Part shown: positions 50,380-54,648 of the stretch, piece after piece
How the letters are laid out: each line of letters begins with the position of its first letter
How positions within the stretch are numbered: position 1 is the first letter of the stretch
Assembly: GCF_001194135.2 (NCBI RefSeq)
Contig: NC_068993.1
Location: forward strand, 41,065,894-41,120,541
Direction: 5' to 3'
Source of the DNA: Octopus bimaculoides
Lineage: Eukaryota
DNA: 54,648 bases
Translations under genes and position numbers: made by a program
The notes under the pieces: model-generated
Told to the model about the DNA's origin: nothing
Databases searched by the model: none
The model's input: the letters and a program-made list of their open reading frames with translations, nothing else

Positions 50380-51389
50380 AATAATAATAATAATAATACA
50401 GGGACCTTTTGAGCAGGATGGGTTACTCAACCTGAAGAAAATTCTAACTGGGCTCCACCTGCAAGGTCATGTGCTGTTTATATATATATCGGGAGGGGAT
50501 GAGTGAGTGGGTGTGAGTGTATTAGTTAGTGAGTGGGTGAGCAGGTGATTCAGTGGGAAGGTGTGAAGGTATGTGGCTTAGTGGTTAGGGTGTTGGACTC
50601 CTGATTGTAAGATTGTGGTTTTGATTCCTGGATCAGGCGATGCATTATGTTCTTGAGCAAGACACTTCATTTTAAGTTGCTCCAGTGCACTCAGCTTGCA
50701 AAAATGAATAATTCTGTGACAGACTGGCGTCTCATCCTGGTGAGGAATTGATACGCCATGGAAAACTGGGAAAAACTGGCCCTTATGAGTCAGCATGACT
50801 TGAGAAAGTAACTTTACCATTACCTTTAGCATGTAGGTGAGTGAGTGTGCGAGTGTGCGTCACAGTCTTTCATGAAAATATGTTTAACTGTGGCGAATCA
50901 TCACCTTGCTTGGATACAGGTGAGGGTTGGAGACAGAAAGGACACCTAGCAGTAAAAAATCTGCCTCAGCAAATTCCCTTCCGACCCATGCAAGTATGAA
51001 AAAGTGGATGTTAAAATGATGAATATGATGATGATTGCAGATCCACACACTGAAACATCTATTTCACAATTGCTTTAAAACAATCTACCACTATCATTAA
51101 ATATATTTGCCTGTTAGAAACATTTACATTTCTTTATAAGTTTTAAAATATGCAATTATTTCTAGGTAAATTGAATGACTCAAAGCTATAAAATTCTTGA
51201 TAAATATGATGAAAGTTGGAATATAAAAAAAAAAAAAAAAAGTTACAATAATAATTCAACAGATTAGTGTAATTTCAATAAATCAACTTTATGTAAACAA
51301 AATTTTAACTTATTATTTCAACATTTTAACATGTGTGTACATGTACAGTATATTCTTCACTACCTCTGTTCTCTCTATGACTCAACCCC

Positions 51390-51439
<50 letters not shown>

Positions 51440-51499
51440 GATACCAATCAATCTAGCTCTCTACATCAGTCTGTCTGTCTCTAGCTGTCTCTCTCTTGT

Positions 51500-51681
51500 T
51501 ATCTATCTATCTAGCTAGCTCTCTATGGTTTGTTTGCCTATCTATCTCTGTTTATCAATTTACTTCTGTCTGTCTGTCTATCAATGCATGTCAGTGTCTA
51601 TCTGTATCTGTCTGTCTATCTATCTATCTATATATATATATCTTTCTATTTATCTATCTATCTATATATATACTTTTCTAT

Positions 51682-51741
<60 letters not shown>

Positions 51742-51742
51742 A

Positions 51743-51797
<55 letters not shown>

Positions 51798-51876
51798 TTA
51801 TTTATCTATCTATCTATATATACCTTTCTATTTATTTATCTATCTATCTATATATATATACCTTTCTATTTATTTA
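51500..51876. repeat. (TATC)n array running into gap 51877-52810
   Basis: Direct inspection. Confidence 0.95.
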
Positions 51877-53039
51877 NNNNNNNNNNNNNNNNNNNNNNNN
51901 NNNNNNNNNNNNNNNNNNNNNNNNNNNNNNNNNNNNNNNNNNNNNNNNNNNNNNNNNNNNNNNNNNNNNNNNNNNNNNNNNNNNNNNNNNNNNNNNNNNN
52001 NNNNNNNNNNNNNNNNNNNNNNNNNNNNNNNNNNNNNNNNNNNNNNNNNNNNNNNNNNNNNNNNNNNNNNNNNNNNNNNNNNNNNNNNNNNNNNNNNNNN
52101 NNNNNNNNNNNNNNNNNNNNNNNNNNNNNNNNNNNNNNNNNNNNNNNNNNNNNNNNNNNNNNNNNNNNNNNNNNNNNNNNNNNNNNNNNNNNNNNNNNNN
52201 NNNNNNNNNNNNNNNNNNNNNNNNNNNNNNNNNNNNNNNNNNNNNNNNNNNNNNNNNNNNNNNNNNNNNNNNNNNNNNNNNNNNNNNNNNNNNNNNNNNN
52301 NNNNNNNNNNNNNNNNNNNNNNNNNNNNNNNNNNNNNNNNNNNNNNNNNNNNNNNNNNNNNNNNNNNNNNNNNNNNNNNNNNNNNNNNNNNNNNNNNNNN
52401 NNNNNNNNNNNNNNNNNNNNNNNNNNNNNNNNNNNNNNNNNNNNNNNNNNNNNNNNNNNNNNNNNNNNNNNNNNNNNNNNNNNNNNNNNNNNNNNNNNNN
52501 NNNNNNNNNNNNNNNNNNNNNNNNNNNNNNNNNNNNNNNNNNNNNNNNNNNNNNNNNNNNNNNNNNNNNNNNNNNNNNNNNNNNNNNNNNNNNNNNNNNN
52601 NNNNNNNNNNNNNNNNNNNNNNNNNNNNNNNNNNNNNNNNNNNNNNNNNNNNNNNNNNNNNNNNNNNNNNNNNNNNNNNNNNNNNNNNNNNNNNNNNNNN
52701 NNNNNNNNNNNNNNNNNNNNNNNNNNNNNNNNNNNNNNNNNNNNNNNNNNNNNNNNNNNNNNNNNNNNNNNNNNNNNNNNNNNNNNNNNNNNNNNNNNNN
52801 NNNNNNNNNNTGTGATATAGCTATAATATATTTTGATAAATCAGCTAATAATAAACAGTATCTACATTACTTCTGAGGCTGGTTTTTAACACTATTTCCT
52901 TTAAATCTGGGTGAATTAGCATAATACAAGTGAAGTGTTTTGGCCACAGATTTGACCTTTTAGACATTCGTGTGAAACCGATTGTGGTTCTAGTTGTTGT
53001 CTAGCTCCGATTAATACCTGTTTAAATAGATAATCCAGC

Positions 53040-53535
53040 CAGTTTGGGCAACTGTGTATTTTCTTTGTGGAAGCACACCTGGTTCTGTCTTCATTCCTGA
53101 TCTTCCTCTCTCCGGCCAGGTAACCTTGTACTTCCTCTTCAACAAGACACCTATATCTGTCTCACTATAACCTTTTCATCATCTCCTCCTCAAGTTTCTT
53201 TTCCCCTCTTAAAAGTTTTTGTCTTTCATGTACTTGGTGGCCCTGTCAGTGCAGGTGCCACTTAAAAGCTTCCAGTCCATACTTGTAAAGTGGTTGGTGT
53301 TCAGAAGGGCATCCAGCTGTAAAAACTTTGCCAAAACTGACCTCACCTGTGCTTGTGCCACATAAAAAGCACTAAGTCCACTCTGCTGAGTGGTTGGTGT
53401 TAGGAAGGGTATCCAGCTGTAAAAATCCTGCCATAATAGTTACAGAAGTCCGGTGCAGGCTTCTGCCTAGCCAGCTCTTGTGGTACCGTCCCACCCATGT
53501 TAGCTTGGAACACGGACATAAATGATGATGATGAT
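53040..53535 (+). mobile_element. Retroelement 3' end with (GAT)n tail and internal duplication (related tails at 50900-51035, 35575-35700 and 40445-40560)
   Basis: gtggttggtgt..gaaggg.atccagctgtaaaaa occurs twice; ends acccatg...gatgatgatg. Confidence 0.6.
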
Positions 53536-54648
53536 GGTTATGATTTCTACTATAGGCACAGGGGTTGAAATTTTGTGGGTGTGGGGCTTGTTGGTTACAT
53601 TGACTCCAGTTCTTGACAAGTCTTTATTTTATTGCCCTTGAAAGGATGAAAGGATAAAAAGCAAAGTTCACCTCAGCAGAATTTGAATTCACAATGTAAA
53701 GATGGACAATACACCGCCAAGCTTAGACGCATTTTGTTTGCCATGCTGACAATTCTGACAACTCGCCAACTTTATAATAATGGTTTCAAATTTTTTGCAC
53801 AGAGCCAGCAAATTTGGGTGAATGGTTAAGTCAATTACATTGACTCCAATGCACAACTGGTACTTAATTCATTGACCCTGAAGTATGAAAGGCAAAGTAA
53901 GCTGTGGCGGAATTTGAACTCAGAATGTAAAGACAGATGAAATGCCTCTGAGCATTTGGCCTGGTATGTAAATGAATTTAACAGCTCATTGCATCAACTC
54001 AGGTGCTTAACTGACACCTATTTTATTCACCTAGGTGAAATCTGAACTCAGAACGTAAAGCCAGGCAGAATGCTGCTAAAGAGGAAAGGTAAAGTTGGTA
54101 AGGTTTGAACACTTGTAGTGAGCCAATAAAAGACCAGATGGTCATGTCTAGTGCCCATTTTCATCATAGCTATGTTCTGATCAGGGCTGAATTGGGACTT
54201 AATATCAACAATAACCTATGATGAATAGACTGCTATCAACAAAAGTCTCACTTGCTGCTTCAGATATTAAATATAATGTTTAAATGGTGTTTTTATTTAT
54301 TTATTTATTTATGGGTTTCAGCCAAGTGGCTGCGGTCATGCTGGTGCACCACATTACTTTTTTGTCTTTTCTTTATTTCAGTCATTGGAGTACAACAATC
54401 GTGGGGCACCACCTTGAAAGGGTTTAGTCAAATAAATCAACCCCCGATACTTATTTTGTTACTAAATCTTGCAACATATTCTATTATTCCATTTTTAATT
54501 AACTGCTAAGATACAGGAATAAAAAAAGAACAAAAACAAACAAGCACCAGTAGTCAAGTGGTGAAAGGACAGACAGACAGACAGACAGACACACACACTA
54601 ATGCTTGCTTTAATTTTCAGTTTTGATAAAAATAATTTTACATTAATC

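Overview
AT-rich, microsatellite- and SINE-dense eukaryotic scaffold with 10 N-gaps. The repeat landscape suggests a coleoid cephalopod, probably Octopus (inference). One host gene is supported: a PDGF/VEGF-related factor (PVF) on the + strand, reconstructed by hand from five phase-compatible GT-AG exons (20483-20558, 30419-30442, 34695-34882, 36277-36569, 41489-41900). The signal-peptide exon was not confidently located. The protein reads: PDGF-type propeptide, 24-nt microexon, PDGF/VEGF domain, three VEGF-C-like Cys-rich repeats, Ser/Thr-rich stalk, 4-Cys tail. The main finding is that knot cysteines C5 and C8, which pair with each other in VEGF/PDGF, are both replaced (Ala, Gln), predicting a natural PVF without a closed cystine knot. 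The rest is transposon-derived: a decayed mariner, piggyBac-, hAT-, Tigger- and mariner-type MITEs, RTE, R4/Dong, CR1-like and Penelope relics, and several tRNA-derived SINE families. Other notable items are a decayed Penelope-type hammerhead ribozyme in a SINE-like unit, a perfect 68-bp inverted duplication 2.6 kb apart, a TIR element with head-to-head telomere-like arrays, a long-TIR element with ORF cargo, and a regional CpG-decay contrast. All alignments and counts were done by eye; no database searches were run.
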